DNA of 64,000 nt from Squalus acanthias. Its lineage: Eukaryota. Location: assembly GCA_030390025.1 (NCBI GenBank), contig CM059432.1:124932001-124996000 (forward strand), in the 5' to 3' direction. Of the stretch, positions 50,590 through 62,100 are shown in pieces. How positions within the stretch are numbered: the first letter of the stretch is position 1; the number at the start of each line of letters is the position of its first letter. A program made the translations under genes and the position numbers. Under the pieces are notes generated by a model, which was given only the letters and a program-made list of their open reading frames with translations, was not told where the DNA came from and did not search any database.

Positions 50590-52195
50590 CATGGTGCTAG
50601 CAGTCAGCAAGGACCCTGCAGGGGTACTATTTAAAGGACTCATCCACTCCATACAGGTTAGTTGCCGGTTTGTTGCCTGAGGATGTTAGTTAATTTTTAG
50701 TTCTTTTCCTTTGCCTATTTTCTCCATTCCAATCGTGAATTCAAACTTTGTGTTGGTGCCGGACTGCTTCTGTCTGCTTTGGAAAGGGTTTCTTCAAGTC
50801 ATGGGTGGGTCTTGGGTAGGTCTGCCTTTGGGACTGGAGGAGGAGGGGGAGCAGCGAAGAGGACAGGAGGGAGCAGGAGCAGCAGGGAGAAGGAGGAGGA
50901 GGGCACTGCGTAGGAGGCCATACCCACAGCAGGTCTCAGGGAGCACTTCCCATACCGCAACTTCACTGAGGAGTGTCGAAGTTTCGACTTCCGAGTAAGA
51001 CTCTTGAAACAATATCGTCAAAGAAGGCTTTATTATTTACTTTACTTGCAAGGAGAATGCAACCGTAGCCAAATAGCTACGATGACACACTGAAGAATCA
51101 CAGAAAATGGAAGATCTTATACACTGAAAACACAAGCTTCCCATATCATATGACATGTTGTTTAAGGTAAGCTAAGTTATGAGTTAAAAACATAAGAAAT
51201 GCCTTACAATGAGACTAGCTAATCTCTACAAAATGGAGTCTGTTTGTCTGTTCTTCTCCCACCAAGGCCAAGGCACCTGGCTGTTTACTTCACTAGCCCT
51301 TGGTTATCTCAAGTTGATTAGAAGAAGCATAATTTGTTCTGTACTATGAAAACAACATAGTCTGCAAAGTTTAATTTCATTTCCATGAGAAGTCATAAAC
51401 AACTTCTTTCTTTATTCAATACAAGTCAGAGTCGGCCATTTTGGATCACTCTTTGTGTCTAGGAAGCCATTTTGTGTCCGAGACAAAATGCACTTCCACA
51501 GGAGCACTGTGTCACCAAGGAGTCTGTAACTGAGCTATGTCACCTGCAGCAGCCACAATTGTTAGAGCCTCAAACCAAGGCATGGACAGCAATGCCTGTG
51601 GCCTTTAATGTTTACGACACAGGGTTCTTCCAGGCTGCAGCAGATGACATCAGCTACATCTCCCAGTTTGCTTTGCACTGCTGTATCAGGGAGATGACCA
51701 AGGCTCTCTACACCAGGAGGAACATAAAAATCTCATTCTCCATGGTCAGAGCAAAGCAGGATGAGAGAGCACTAGGCTTCGCCCGCATTGCAGGCTTCTT
51801 CAGAGTCCACGGTGCAAGAAGCTGCACCCACATTGCCTTGATTGCTCCCATTACCAGTCTGGAATCTTTCTCAATAGAAAGAGATACCACACCCTGAATG
51901 CGCAGCTTGTTTACAACCACAGGTAGCGCATCATGCAGGTCACTGCCCGGCTTCCTAGCAGCCGCCATGATTCATTCATGCGTCGCCTGTCTTCTATGCC
52001 ACCTTTATTCTAATGAGGCTGCCAGGTCACAGGCTGGCTATTTTGCGACAGGGATGTCCTCTCTGGACATGGCTCGTGACTCCTGTCAAGAAACTAGGCA
52101 CAGATGCAAAGTGCTCAAGCAATGCTTCCGCTGCCTGGATCGTTTAATAGGAGTTCTGCAATACACCCCTGACCTTATTTTCAGATTTTTGCTTG
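50590..52195 (+). pseudogene. Decayed Harbinger transposase split by a solo LTR
   Basis: MGG...RRRPYPQ N-terminus; VTELCHLQ, FQAAADDISYISQFALHCCI, RALGFARIAGF, LKQCFRCLD. Confidence 0.85.
50974..51500 (-). mobile_element. Solo LTR (527 bp)
   Basis: TGTCGAAG...CTTCCACA termini, GGAG 4-bp TSD, minus-strand TATAAG (about 51116-51121) and AATAAA (51029-51034). Confidence 0.8.
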
Positions 52196-52632
52196 TGTGC
52201 TTGGATGGACAATTGGTTTAGCCATTCATCGCCAGACCGGGCTGGACCACATAAAGCACTATTGGATCTTGCACTCCTCTGCAAAGATAACCCCCAGCTT
52301 CTCTTCTCCACTACCAACCATTTTCTTAAACCCCTCTCCCCTTCCCCCTCCACCCTCACCTCCAACAACAAGTGCGAGGAGCTCATGGACTACTTTGTCA
52401 CCAAGATTGAGACCATCCGTTCAGCTGCCTCTGCCACTTCCCTCCTATCCCCTAGCCCTCTGGGCCAAACTTCCCCTAAGGTTACACCCTGCCCTAGCCG
52501 TAGCCCTGAACTCGCATCTCTCTAGTTACTCTCCTATCTCCCCTCATGCCTCTTGTCCATGAGACCCACCTCCTGCTCCCTCGACCCTATTCCCACTAAA
52601 CTGCTGACCACCCAACTTCCCTTCCTGGCCCC

Positions 52633-52815
52633 TGTGGTAACACTTTTCAGCTTCCTGTATGACATCACTTCCTGTAATCAGTCCAGGATAAATACTGGAC
52701 TGATCAGTTAGCTCTGGAAGAGGCATAGGGTAAGACCTCTTTTGTATGCAGCACCGTTTTAAGTTGATTAAAGCTTACATTAAGTTTACCACGCGTAAGG
52801 CTCATTCTTACGACA
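52633..52815 (+). repeat. Gypsy 5' LTR
   Basis: No differences from the 3' LTR seen by eye. Confidence 0.97.
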
Positions 52816-52894
52816 ATTTAATCAACTTTTGAAAAACTTCGCACTCAAACTTTTTGGACGAACTCGGAGCTAAGGATCCAGGGAATCACCCATC

Positions 52895-55800
52895 ATGGAA
52901 AACATCCTTAAACCATCGCGTCTTGACTTGGACCCAAACACCCCAGCAGCCGGTAAGGTGTGGAAACACTGGTATCGCACGTTTGAGAATTTTCTTGAGT
53001 ATTGCAAAGCTGATGATAACTCAAAGTTGCGGATACTCATCAACTGTGTCACCCCGAATGTATTTCAGTATGTGGAAGACTGGGACAGTTATGAGGAGGC
53101 AATTCAGACGCTTAAGAGACTATATACTAAGACACCGAATGAGGTCTATGCTAGACATCTACTAGCTACAGCCCAACAAGGGCCGGAGGAATCCATTGAT
53201 AAATTCCTCCAAGAGCTTCGCAGACTTAGTATGGACTGTAACTTTCGGGCAGCCTCAGCTGAGCTATACCGCGAAGAAATGATCCGTGATGCGTTCATCT
53301 GCGGGCTTGCCTCCCCATTTATACGCCAGCGTCTACTGGAAAGTAAGACACTTGAGCTGCAGAGAGCTTATGACCTGGCTTGCTCTCTAGATCTGGCAAA
53401 AAGAAATGCAGACCTTTTTACAGTGCCCAGACCTCGGTCTGCTGCCTTAACTACAGTCAGGCAATTTAAGAGGCCACAGGTGAACTCTATTAGGGAGGAC
53501 TTTATCCCTGACGATCGATCTGATGACTTCACTGATGAAGAGGATGATGACCCCACTGTGGCAGCCTCTTGGCAATCTAAGAAATGCTTTTTTTGTGGTG
53601 ATGAGTTTCACCCTCGGAGATTCTGCCCTGCTCGCAATGCGTTTTGCAGTCATTGCAACAAAAAGGGTCATTTTGTAAAGGTTTGCCTATCAAGAGCCTC
53701 TACGAGGGCTTATCAAGCTAAGTCCTACCGAACTGCCCCAGTAAGGGCCTATCAGGATGTTCCAACTAAAAACTATCGTGCTTCCTCTCGGGTTTTTTCT
53801 CGAAGAAACACACCTAGAATTTCAGCCACTCTTTGTGCAACGACACCAATTACAGCTGCTTGTCCTCAGAATCTATTCCATGCAGCTACAAAAGCATCAA
53901 TTAATGGACATACTTTAGATGCCTTAATTGACTCAGGTAGCACTGATAGTTTCATTAGGGAACAGACTGTTGCACAGTTAAAGCTACATGTTTTTCCATC
54001 GGACCAGGCAGTTGCGATGGCTCAGTCATCACTTAATACCAGAATTTCTGGCTTCTGTGTAGTTGAAATAATGCTTAAAGGTCACAGGTATCCCTCCACC
54101 CGGCTTTCGGTGCTCAAGGACTTATGTAGTGATCTTATCTTAGGGCTGGATTTTCAAAAGCAGCATAAGAAGCTTACCATTGAGTTCGGCGGATCCAAAC
54201 CTGAACTCACTATTTCTAATATACGACCTCGATTACCGTTCTGTGCCTTGTCAGCAGCTTCACTGGATGAACCCTCACTGTTTGCCAGTATCCCTCCTCG
54301 ATGCAAACCGATTATAACAAAGTCACGCCGTTTCAGTCAGGAAGACCAGTCTTTTATTGCGGCTGAGATTTCTCGGCTTTTAGCAGAGGATATCATCGAG
54401 CCTTGTTCGTCGCCATGGCGCGCCCAGGTCGTTATTGTTAAGAACCCTCTACAACCTCACAAGAAACGGCTGTGCATTGACTATTCACAGACCATCAATC
54501 AGTATACGGACTTGGACGCATACCCATTGCCGCGCATCGATGATATGGTTAATAAATTGGCTGAGTACACGGTGTTCTCGACTTATGATCTGAAAAGCGC
54601 CTATCATCAGGTACCCTTGAAGGTCTCAGACAAGCAGTATACAGCCTTTGAAGCCAATGGGCGGCTGTATCAATTTCGTCGCCTCCCCTTTGGGGTCACT
54701 AATGGAGTGGCTGTCTTCCAGCGAGCAATGGATGACCTGGTCAAACAGGAAGACTTGAAGGATACGTTTCCTTATCTGGACAATATTACTGTCGCAGGTC
54801 GCAATCAGCAGGAACATGACGCCAATCTCCAACGATTTTGGGATGCACTCCAGCACCGTAATTTGACATTGAATGCGGCTAAATCCATTGAGTCACAACC
54901 AACTATCAACATCCTTGGCTATTGTGTGGGCAATGGCATCATTAAACCTGACCCTGAAAGGCTTCGCCCACTCCAAGAACTCCCGCCACCTAAGAATCCG
55001 GCCTCCTTGCGCCGGGCCCTCGGCCTGTTTGCATACTATGCGAAATGGATTCCTAACTTCTCGGACCGAATCCAACCTCTACTGAAGGCCAGCACATTCC
55101 CACTAGACACAACGGCTGTTGCAGCCTTTAACCTCCTGAAAAAGCAGTTGGAGAAAGCGGCTCTTCACTCCATCGATGAGAGTCTTCCTTTCGTGGTTGA
55201 GTGTGATGCCTCGGAGGTGGCAATCTCAGCCACTCTGAATCAGGAAGGTCGTCCGGTGGCATTTTTGTCCAGGACTTTTCAAGGGGCTGAGCTACATTAT
55301 CCTCCAGTCGAGAAAGAAGCTACAGCCATCATAGAGGCAGTACGGAAGTGGAGTCATCTCCTGGCTCGCCAGCACTTTACCTTAATCACGGACCAGCGAT
55401 CGGTCGCCTTCATGCTCGATAATCGAAAACGGACCAAAATTAAAAATAATAAAATCCAGCTTTGGCGGCTGGAATTGGCCTCTTTTGGTTACACCATCCA
55501 CTATCGACCTGGCAAGGAGAATGTGGCTCCGGATACCCTCACACGAGCATTCTGCTCCGCCATGGCACCCTCTACGCTCGTAGACATCCATGATGGGTTG
55601 TGTCATCCAGGCGTTACTCGCATGCTGCACTTCGTGCGGTCCCGAAATCTCCCATTCTCTACCGGGGATGTAAAGAAGATGTGCTCGGACTGCAGAGTCT
55701 GTGCGGAATTGAAACCTCGGTTTTTCCGCCCCTCGGGTGGTATACTCATACATGCGACCCAGCCAATGCAAAGGCTTAGCATCGATTTTAAGGGGCCGTT

Positions 55801-56851
55801 GCCCTCTTCGACTCGCAACACTTATCTATTAACAATGGTTGATGAGTATTCTCGTTTTCCGTTTGCCTTTCCCTGCCCCAATATGCTGACAACCACGGTT
55901 ATCAGCTGCCTTGAACAGGTATTTGCTTTCTGTGGCATGGCATCCTATGTTCATTCAGATCGGGGCCCTTCTTTTATGTCGGGAGAACTCAAGGCCTATC
56001 TCTCGGAACGGGGTATTGCTGCCAGCAAAACGACGCCTTATCATCCGGTTGGGAATGGGCAAGTCGAGCGTTTTAACGCTATCATCTGGAATGCGGTACG
56101 TCTGGCTTTGAGATCTCGGGGCCTACCCAACCAGCATTGGGAAGCAGTACTTCCAGACGCATTACACTCCACACGGTCCCTCCTTTCGACCGCCACAAAT
56201 ACGACGCCTCATGAACGGTTCTTCCGATTTCAGCGTCGCTCATCCTATGGGACATCTCTCCCGTCGTGGCTGACTGCACCGGGACCAGTGCTACTCCGAA
56301 GATATGTCCGGGCGTCTAAGAATGACCCCCTGGTAGATGAGGTTGAGCTCACTGACGTCAACCCTACCTACGCCTATATTCGGTATCCTGACGGTCGGGA
56401 ATCTACCGTGTCATTGCGGGATCTGGCTCCCTGCCCGCCGAAACATAGAGGGACACCAGGGGATGATATTGTACCAGGCACATCTCTGGGCTTGCCAGGT
56501 GCCTCTCATCATGATCGGGATCTGACGCCGGCTGGTACCTCACTCCAGCGTGCCGACCTGGGGCAGACTGACTATGAGCCCGTCGGGGCTCGCACGCGCA
56601 GCCACGATCAACCCTGTACCGTACGCTCAGAAACGGATCTGCCACAGCCCTGCCCGACACCCATTCGGGTACCAGTACACAGTCAGGATCGTTCTGACCC
56701 CTCACAGAGCGGGCTGGAGCACTCGGACTCTGGTCCATGGCCCGCAGCGGGTAAACGGGCTAGGGGCCCTCTACCGCTACGAGAACCCAAACGGGTGCGG
56801 CTCTCCCTCATCCAACGGCTACGAAATGGAGGGAGCATTCCGGCCTCCTAA
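52895..56851 (+). CDS. Gag-Pol polyprotein (two Zn knuckles, protease, RT, RNase H, integrase), 1318 aa
   Basis: CFFCGDEFHPRRFC, CSHCNKKGHFVKVC, LIDSGS, LPFGV/YLDN, CDASE, HHCC plus IDFKG/DRG/GQVERFN; PR-RT-RH-IN order. Confidence 0.97.
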   Translation: MENILKPSRLDLDPNTPAAGKVWKHWYRTFENFLEYCKADDNSKLRILINCVTPNVFQYVEDWDSYEEAIQTLKRLYTKTPNEVYARHLLATAQQGPEESIDKFLQELRRLSMDCNFRAASAELYREEMIRDAFICGLASPFIRQRLLESKTLELQRAYDLACSLDLAKRNADLFTVPRPRSAALTTVRQFKRPQVNSIREDFIPDDRSDDFTDEEDDDPTVAASWQSKKCFFCGDEFHPRRFCPARNAFCSHCNKKGHFVKVCLSRASTRAYQAKSYRTAPVRAYQDVPTKNYRASSRVFSRRNTPRISATLCATTPITAACPQNLFHAATKASINGHTLDALIDSGSTDSFIREQTVAQLKLHVFPSDQAVAMAQSSLNTRISGFCVVEIMLKGHRYPSTRLSVLKDLCSDLILGLDFQKQHKKLTIEFGGSKPELTISNIRPRLPFCALSAASLDEPSLFASIPPRCKPIITKSRRFSQEDQSFIAAEISRLLAEDIIEPCSSPWRAQVVIVKNPLQPHKKRLCIDYSQTINQYTDLDAYPLPRIDDMVNKLAEYTVFSTYDLKSAYHQVPLKVSDKQYTAFEANGRLYQFRRLPFGVTNGVAVFQRAMDDLVKQEDLKDTFPYLDNITVAGRNQQEHDANLQRFWDALQHRNLTLNAAKSIESQPTINILGYCVGNGIIKPDPERLRPLQELPPPKNPASLRRALGLFAYYAKWIPNFSDRIQPLLKASTFPLDTTAVAAFNLLKKQLEKAALHSIDESLPFVVECDASEVAISATLNQEGRPVAFLSRTFQGAELHYPPVEKEATAIIEAVRKWSHLLARQHFTLITDQRSVAFMLDNRKRTKIKNNKIQLWRLELASFGYTIHYRPGKENVAPDTLTRAFCSAMAPSTLVDIHDGLCHPGVTRMLHFVRSRNLPFSTGDVKKMCSDCRVCAELKPRFFRPSGGILIHATQPMQRLSIDFKGPLPSSTRNTYLLTMVDEYSRFPFAFPCPNMLTTTVISCLEQVFAFCGMASYVHSDRGPSFMSGELKAYLSERGIAASKTTPYHPVGNGQVERFNAIIWNAVRLALRSRGLPNQHWEAVLPDALHSTRSLLSTATNTTPHERFFRFQRRSSYGTSLPSWLTAPGPVLLRRYVRASKNDPLVDEVELTDVNPTYAYIRYPDGRESTVSLRDLAPCPPKHRGTPGDDIVPGTSLGLPGASHHDRDLTPAGTSLQRADLGQTDYEPVGARTRSHDQPCTVRSETDLPQPCPTPIRVPVHSQDRSDPSQSGLEHSDSGPWPAAGKRARGPLPLREPKRVRLSLIQRLRNGGSIPAS

Positions 56852-56869
56852 TCTTTTGGGGGGGGAGAA

Positions 56870-57052
56870 TGTGGTAACACTTTTCAGCTTCCTGTATGAC
56901 ATCACTTCCTGTAATCAGTCCAGGATAAATACTGGACTGATCAGTTAGCTCTGGAAGAGGCATAGGGTAAGACCTCTTTTGTATGCAGCACCGTTTTAAG
57001 TTGATTAAAGCTTACATTAAGTTTACCACGCGTAAGGCTCATTCTTACGACA
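56870..57052 (+). repeat. Gypsy 3' LTR
   Basis: Preceded by GGGGGGGGAGAA polypurine tract. Confidence 0.97.
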
Positions 57053-57688
57053 GCCCCCATGCTAGCTGATACTGTTATCGGTTCCCTCTCCTCAGGTACT
57101 GTCCCCCTCCCTTTCAAATCTGCTGTCATCAACCCTCTCCTCAAAAAATACACCCTTGACCCCTCAGTTCTTGCAAACTACCGGCCCATCCCCAACCTCC
57201 CTTTCCTCTCCAAAGTTGTTGAACGTGTTGTCGCCTCCCAAATACATGCTTATCTTTCCCGCAACTCCATATTTGAACCTCTCTAATCAGGTTTCTGCCC
57301 TCCCACAGCACTGAAACGGCCCTTATCAAAGTCACAACTGACATCCTATCTGACTGTAACCATGGTGGGCCATCCCTCCTCATCCTTTTTGACCTGTCTG
57401 CAGCCATTGACACGGTTGACCGCACCATCCTCCTTCAAAGCCTCTCCTCCATGTCCAGCTGAGTGGGACGGCCCTTGCCTGGTTCCATTCCTATCTGTCC
57501 AGTCATAGCTAGAGAATCTCCTGCAATGGCTTCTCCTCCACTCCCACACCGTTACCTCTGGTGTCCCCCAAGGATCTATCCTTGGCCCCCTCCTAATTCT
57601 CATCTACATGCTGCCCCTCAGGCCACATCATCCGAAAACACGTCAGATCCTACATCTACGCTGACAACACTCAGCTCTACCTCACCAC

Positions 57689-57861
57689 CAATGTTCCTGT
57701 TAAGCTGTGGCTGCAGCAATCTTGTGGTCCCGCGCAGGCCGTTCACTGGCTTTTGTATGGGAAAAACCGCGCATCCGCGAACATTTGAATGGACCGCACA
57801 GCCAGTTGAAGGCAGCCAGTTGAAGGGCCCGCGCACCGAAAAAAAATAAGAGGGAACATTG
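57689..57861. mobile_element. hAT-type MITE (173 bp)
   Basis: TIR CAATGTTCC / GGAACATTG, 8-bp TSD CTCACCAC. Confidence 0.88.
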
Positions 57862-58927
57862 CTCACCACCACCTCTCTCGGCCCCTCCACTGCCTCTGAT
57901 TTGTCACGCTGCTATCCGACATCCAGTACTAGATGAGCAGAAATTTTCTCCAATTAAATATTGGGAAGACCGAAGCCATTGTCTTCAGTCCTCGCCACAA
58001 ACTCCGTTCCCTAGCCACTGACTCTATCCCTCTCCCTAACATCTGTCTGAGGCTGAACCAGACTGTATGCAACCGTGGCGTCCTATTTGACCCTGAGCTG
58101 AGCTTCTGACCACATATCCTCTCCATCATAAAGACTGTCTACTTTTACCTCCGTAACATCGCCCGTTTATGCCCCTGCCTCAGCTCATCTCCTGCTGAAA
58201 CCCTCATCCATGGTTTTGTTACTTCAGACTCGACTATTCCAATACTCTCCTGGATGGCCTCCCACCTACCACCCCCCATAAACTTGAGCTCATCCAAAAC
58301 TCTGCTGCCCATAGCCTAACTCGCACCAAGTACTGTTTAACTATCCCCCCCTGTGCTCACTGACCTACATTGACTCGAATTTAAAATTCGCATCCAGTTC
58401 TCCAATCCCTCCATGTCCTCGCCCCTCCCTATCTCTGTAACCTCCTCCAGCCCCACAACCCTCCGAGATATCTGCGCTTCTCCTATTCTGACTTCTTGCG
58501 CATCCCTGATTTCCATCACCCCACCATTGGCGGCCGTGCTTTCAGCTGCCTGGATCCTAAGTTCTTAAATTCCCTCCCTAAACTTCTCCACCTCTCTACC
58601 TCTCTCTCCTCCTTTAAGCCGCTCCTTATAACCTACCGCTTAGGCCAAACCTTTTGGTCACTTGTCCTAATTATCTGGCTCGGTATCAACTTTTGTTTCA
58701 TAACGCTCCTGTGAAGAGCCTTGGGACAATGTTAAAGGCGCTATATAAATGCAAGTTGTTGTTGTTGTAAAAAGGTGCAGTTTGCCAGGACCTGTTCATC
58801 AAAGTGGAAGTATTTGATTAAAGAGACACAACTCACTGAGATTGCTTGTGGAGACTTGTAGCTCACTGTAGATGTTGCAACACTTTTTGTGCATACTCAG
58901 GAAGCCTTCCCCTTAATTCTGCATTAC

Positions 58928-59039
58928 CCGTGGAAAGCATTAAATATCAAGAGAATTACTGAACTAGGATCTGAGATCTGCACAATCCGCTTCCCAATGG
59001 GAAACTCGCTTATGGTGGCGGAAGAGAAGCAGCGGGAGC
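58928..59039 (-). CDS. Weak candidate RGS22 exon (SRCFSSATISEFPIGKRIVQISDP...)
   Basis: TTCCTTTACAG acceptor, GTAATG donor, one open frame ending phase 2, lies in non-repeat sequence; no recognisable homology. Confidence 0.25.
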
Positions 59040-59172
59040 CTGTAAAGGAAGCCAGACTAATTAGGCAGCACCAGAGGACAGTCAGACCTTCAAGCACGAC
59101 CCACCCAGCAAAATACCCATTTGCTTCTCTGTGACTTAGTTAGCTGTTCTGTTACTCATCTGAAAACACTCA

Positions 59173-62100
59173 GGGCTGAAATTTGATAATGCTGGAAAAC
59201 GGGCGCTTGCACCTCGATGCGAGATATGCCCACGCCTGTTCAAAAAGCACAGGCAGCATGTCAATATTGTACTGCCTGCTAAATACCATGATTGTAGCGC
59301 AAAGCCTAGCACGGAACGCAAACTGCGCACTCAGCAGGGGGCCGAAGTTCGCGTCGCTGGAGCGAGGCTAGCTTACTTAAAGCTAGCCTGCTCCTCTTCA
59401 AAGCAGTCTGCTCTTAAAGGAGAACTACCTTCTGCAGATAAAAAAAACCTGAAATTCCTTCAGCACTAGGCTGTCTGCACCTCTTAAAGATGAGCTGCTT
59501 TCTGCAGATAAAATTTTTTAATTCATAGCACCATAGAATCATAGAATGGTTACAGCACAGAAGGAGGCCATTCGGCCCGCTGAGCCTGTGTCAGCTCTCT
59601 GCACGAGCACTTCAGCTTGTCCCACTCCCCCACCCTTTCCCCGTAGCCCTGCAATTTTTTTTCCTTCAGGTACTTATCCAACTCCCTTTTGAAAGCCACG
59701 ATTGAGTCTGCCTCCACCACCCTTTCAGGCAGCGCATTCCCGATCCTACCCATTCGCTGAGTAAAAAAGATTTCCCTCATGTTGCCTTTGGTTCTTTTGC
59801 CAAACACCTTAAATCTGTGTCCTCTGGTTCTCGACCTTCCGCCAATGGGAACAGTTTCTCTCTATCTACTCTGTCTAGACCCCTCATGATTTTAAACACC
59901 TCTATCAAATCTACTCTCAACCTTCTCTGCTCTAAGGTGAACAACCCCAGCTTCTCCAGTCTATCCACGTAACTAAAGTCCCTCATCCCTGGAACCATTC
60001 TTGTAAATCTTTTCTGCACCCTTTCGAAGGCCTTCACATCCTTCCTAAAGTGCGGTACCCTGAATTGGACACAATACTCCAGTTATGGCCGAACCAGTGT
60101 TTTATAAAGGTTCATCATAACTTCCTTGCTTTTGTACTCTATGCCTCTATTTATGAAGCCCGTAAGCTTTTTTAACCGCTTTCTCAACCTGCCCTGCCAC
60201 CTTCAACAATTTGTGCACATATACCCCCGGGTCTCTCTGTTCCTGCACCCCCTTTAGGATTCTACCCTTTAGTTTATATTGCCTCTCCTCATTCTTCCTA
60301 CCAAAATGTATCACTTTGCACTTTGCTGCGTTAAATTTCATCTGCCACGTGTCCGCCCATTCCACCAGCTTGTCTATGTCCTCTTGAAGTCTATCACTAT
60401 CCTACTAATACTTCACTATACTTCCAAGTTTTGTGTCATCTGCAAATTTTGAAATTGTGCCCTGTACACCCAAGTCCAAGTCATTAATATATATCAAGAA
60501 AAGCAGTGGTCCTAGTACCGACCCCTGGGAACACCACTGTATACCTTCCTCCAGTCTGAGAAACAATCGTTCACCACGACTCTCTGTTTCTTGTCACTTA
60601 GCCAATTTCATATCCATGCTGCCACTGTCCCTTTTATTCCATAGGCTTCAACTTTGCTGGCAAGCCAATTATGTGGCACTTTATCAAACGCCTTTTGGAA
60701 GTCCACATCAACCGAATTGCCCTCATCAACCCTCTCTGTTACCTCATCAAAAAACTCGATCAAGTTAGTTAAACACAATTTGCCTTTAGCAAATCCATGC
60801 TGGCTTTCCTTAATTAATCCACACTTGTGCAAGTGACTGTTAATTTTGTCCCGGATTATCGTTTCTAAAAGCTTCCCCACTACCGAGGCTAAACTGACTG
60901 GCCTGTAGTTGCTGGGTTTATCCTTACACCCCTTTTTGAACAAGGGTGTAACATTTGCAATTCTGCAGTCCTCTGGCACCACCCCCATATCTAAGGAGGA
61001 TTGGAAGATTATGGCCAGTACCCCCACAATTTCCACCCTTACCTCCCTCAGCATCCTAGGATGCATCCCATCCGGTCCTGGTGACTTATCTACTTTAAGT
61101 ACAGCCAGCCTTTCTGTACCTCCTCTTTATCAATTTTTATCCCATCCAGTATCTCAACTACCTCCTCTTTCACTATGACTTTGGCAGCATCTTCTTCCTT
61201 GGTAAAGACAGATGCATTATTTAGTACCTCAGCCATGCCCTCTACCTCCATGCGTAGGTCTCCTTTTTGGTCCCTAATCAGCTCCAATTCCTTCATCACT
61301 AGGCAGTCTGCACCTTTTAATGGTGAGCGGCCTTCTGCTGATCAAAAATGTTAAAAGTGCTTCAGCACTAACACAAATGGTTCAACAGGCCAGGGAAAGG
61401 GCACCCAGGAGCTCGGACACAGCCCTTGAGCTTTGTGCAGGAGGTCAACATTGGAAGAGAGGTCCTCTATCCACAGAGGCCAGGAGGCCCTCCTGAACGA
61501 AGGATGTGGGACCAGATCACCGAGGCCATCACTGCCGGCAGTGTCGCCCCCAGGACCTGGCTCCAGTGCCCAAGAAGTTTCATGACCTCAGACCAGTGGT
61601 CAAGGTCAGTGAATGCATCTTCAAAAGCCGTCTCCTACCAATTGCATCACTAACCTCGCACTCTGCTCAATGCATGACCCCCTCACCATCACTCACCTAC
61701 CAACAATCTCCACCAAACACGAGGTGCACCTCACATTCCTAGCTTCACCTCACCCTCTGGGAGGAGACAGTTTTGGCCATTCTTGGCAGGGGCGTGGCTG
61801 AGCCCTTGGCCAGCGGCAGGGCTGAAAGAATACGAGATGCTGGTATCCTCATACGTTATCATCCTTCTCACATCCACTTCCCCCTCATCCCACAATCTCT
61901 TCTGATTTATAAGCTACATATGGTGTAAGAATGCACCTTTTGAATTACCCCTCTCCACTCACCACAACCCTACCCTTGTATGTTCCTCATTTCACACGCC
62001 CAAGAAATCCAGCCTGCCCAGCTAGTGGTTGACCAACAAGAGGGAGAGGAGACTGAAGAAGATGAAGAAGAAGAAGAAGAAGAAACACCATCACTCAATT

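Larger units (their letters stand above)
52633..57052 (+). mobile_element. Intact Gypsy/Ty3 LTR retrotransposon
   Basis: 183-bp TG...CA LTRs at 52633-52815 and 56870-57052, GCCCC TSD, PPT at 56858-56869. Confidence 0.98.
52196..58768 (+). mobile_element. L2 LINE split by Gypsy (52633-57052) and hAT MITE (57689-57861)
   Basis: L2 sequence CTTCCTGGCCCC|CATGCTAGC restored on removing Gypsy; (GTT)n tail near 58755. Confidence 0.92.

Noticed and set aside
56430..56851. env gene or chromodomain after integrase
   Set aside because: Low-complexity Pro/Arg-rich tail; no transmembrane segment, furin site or aromatic-cage pattern seen
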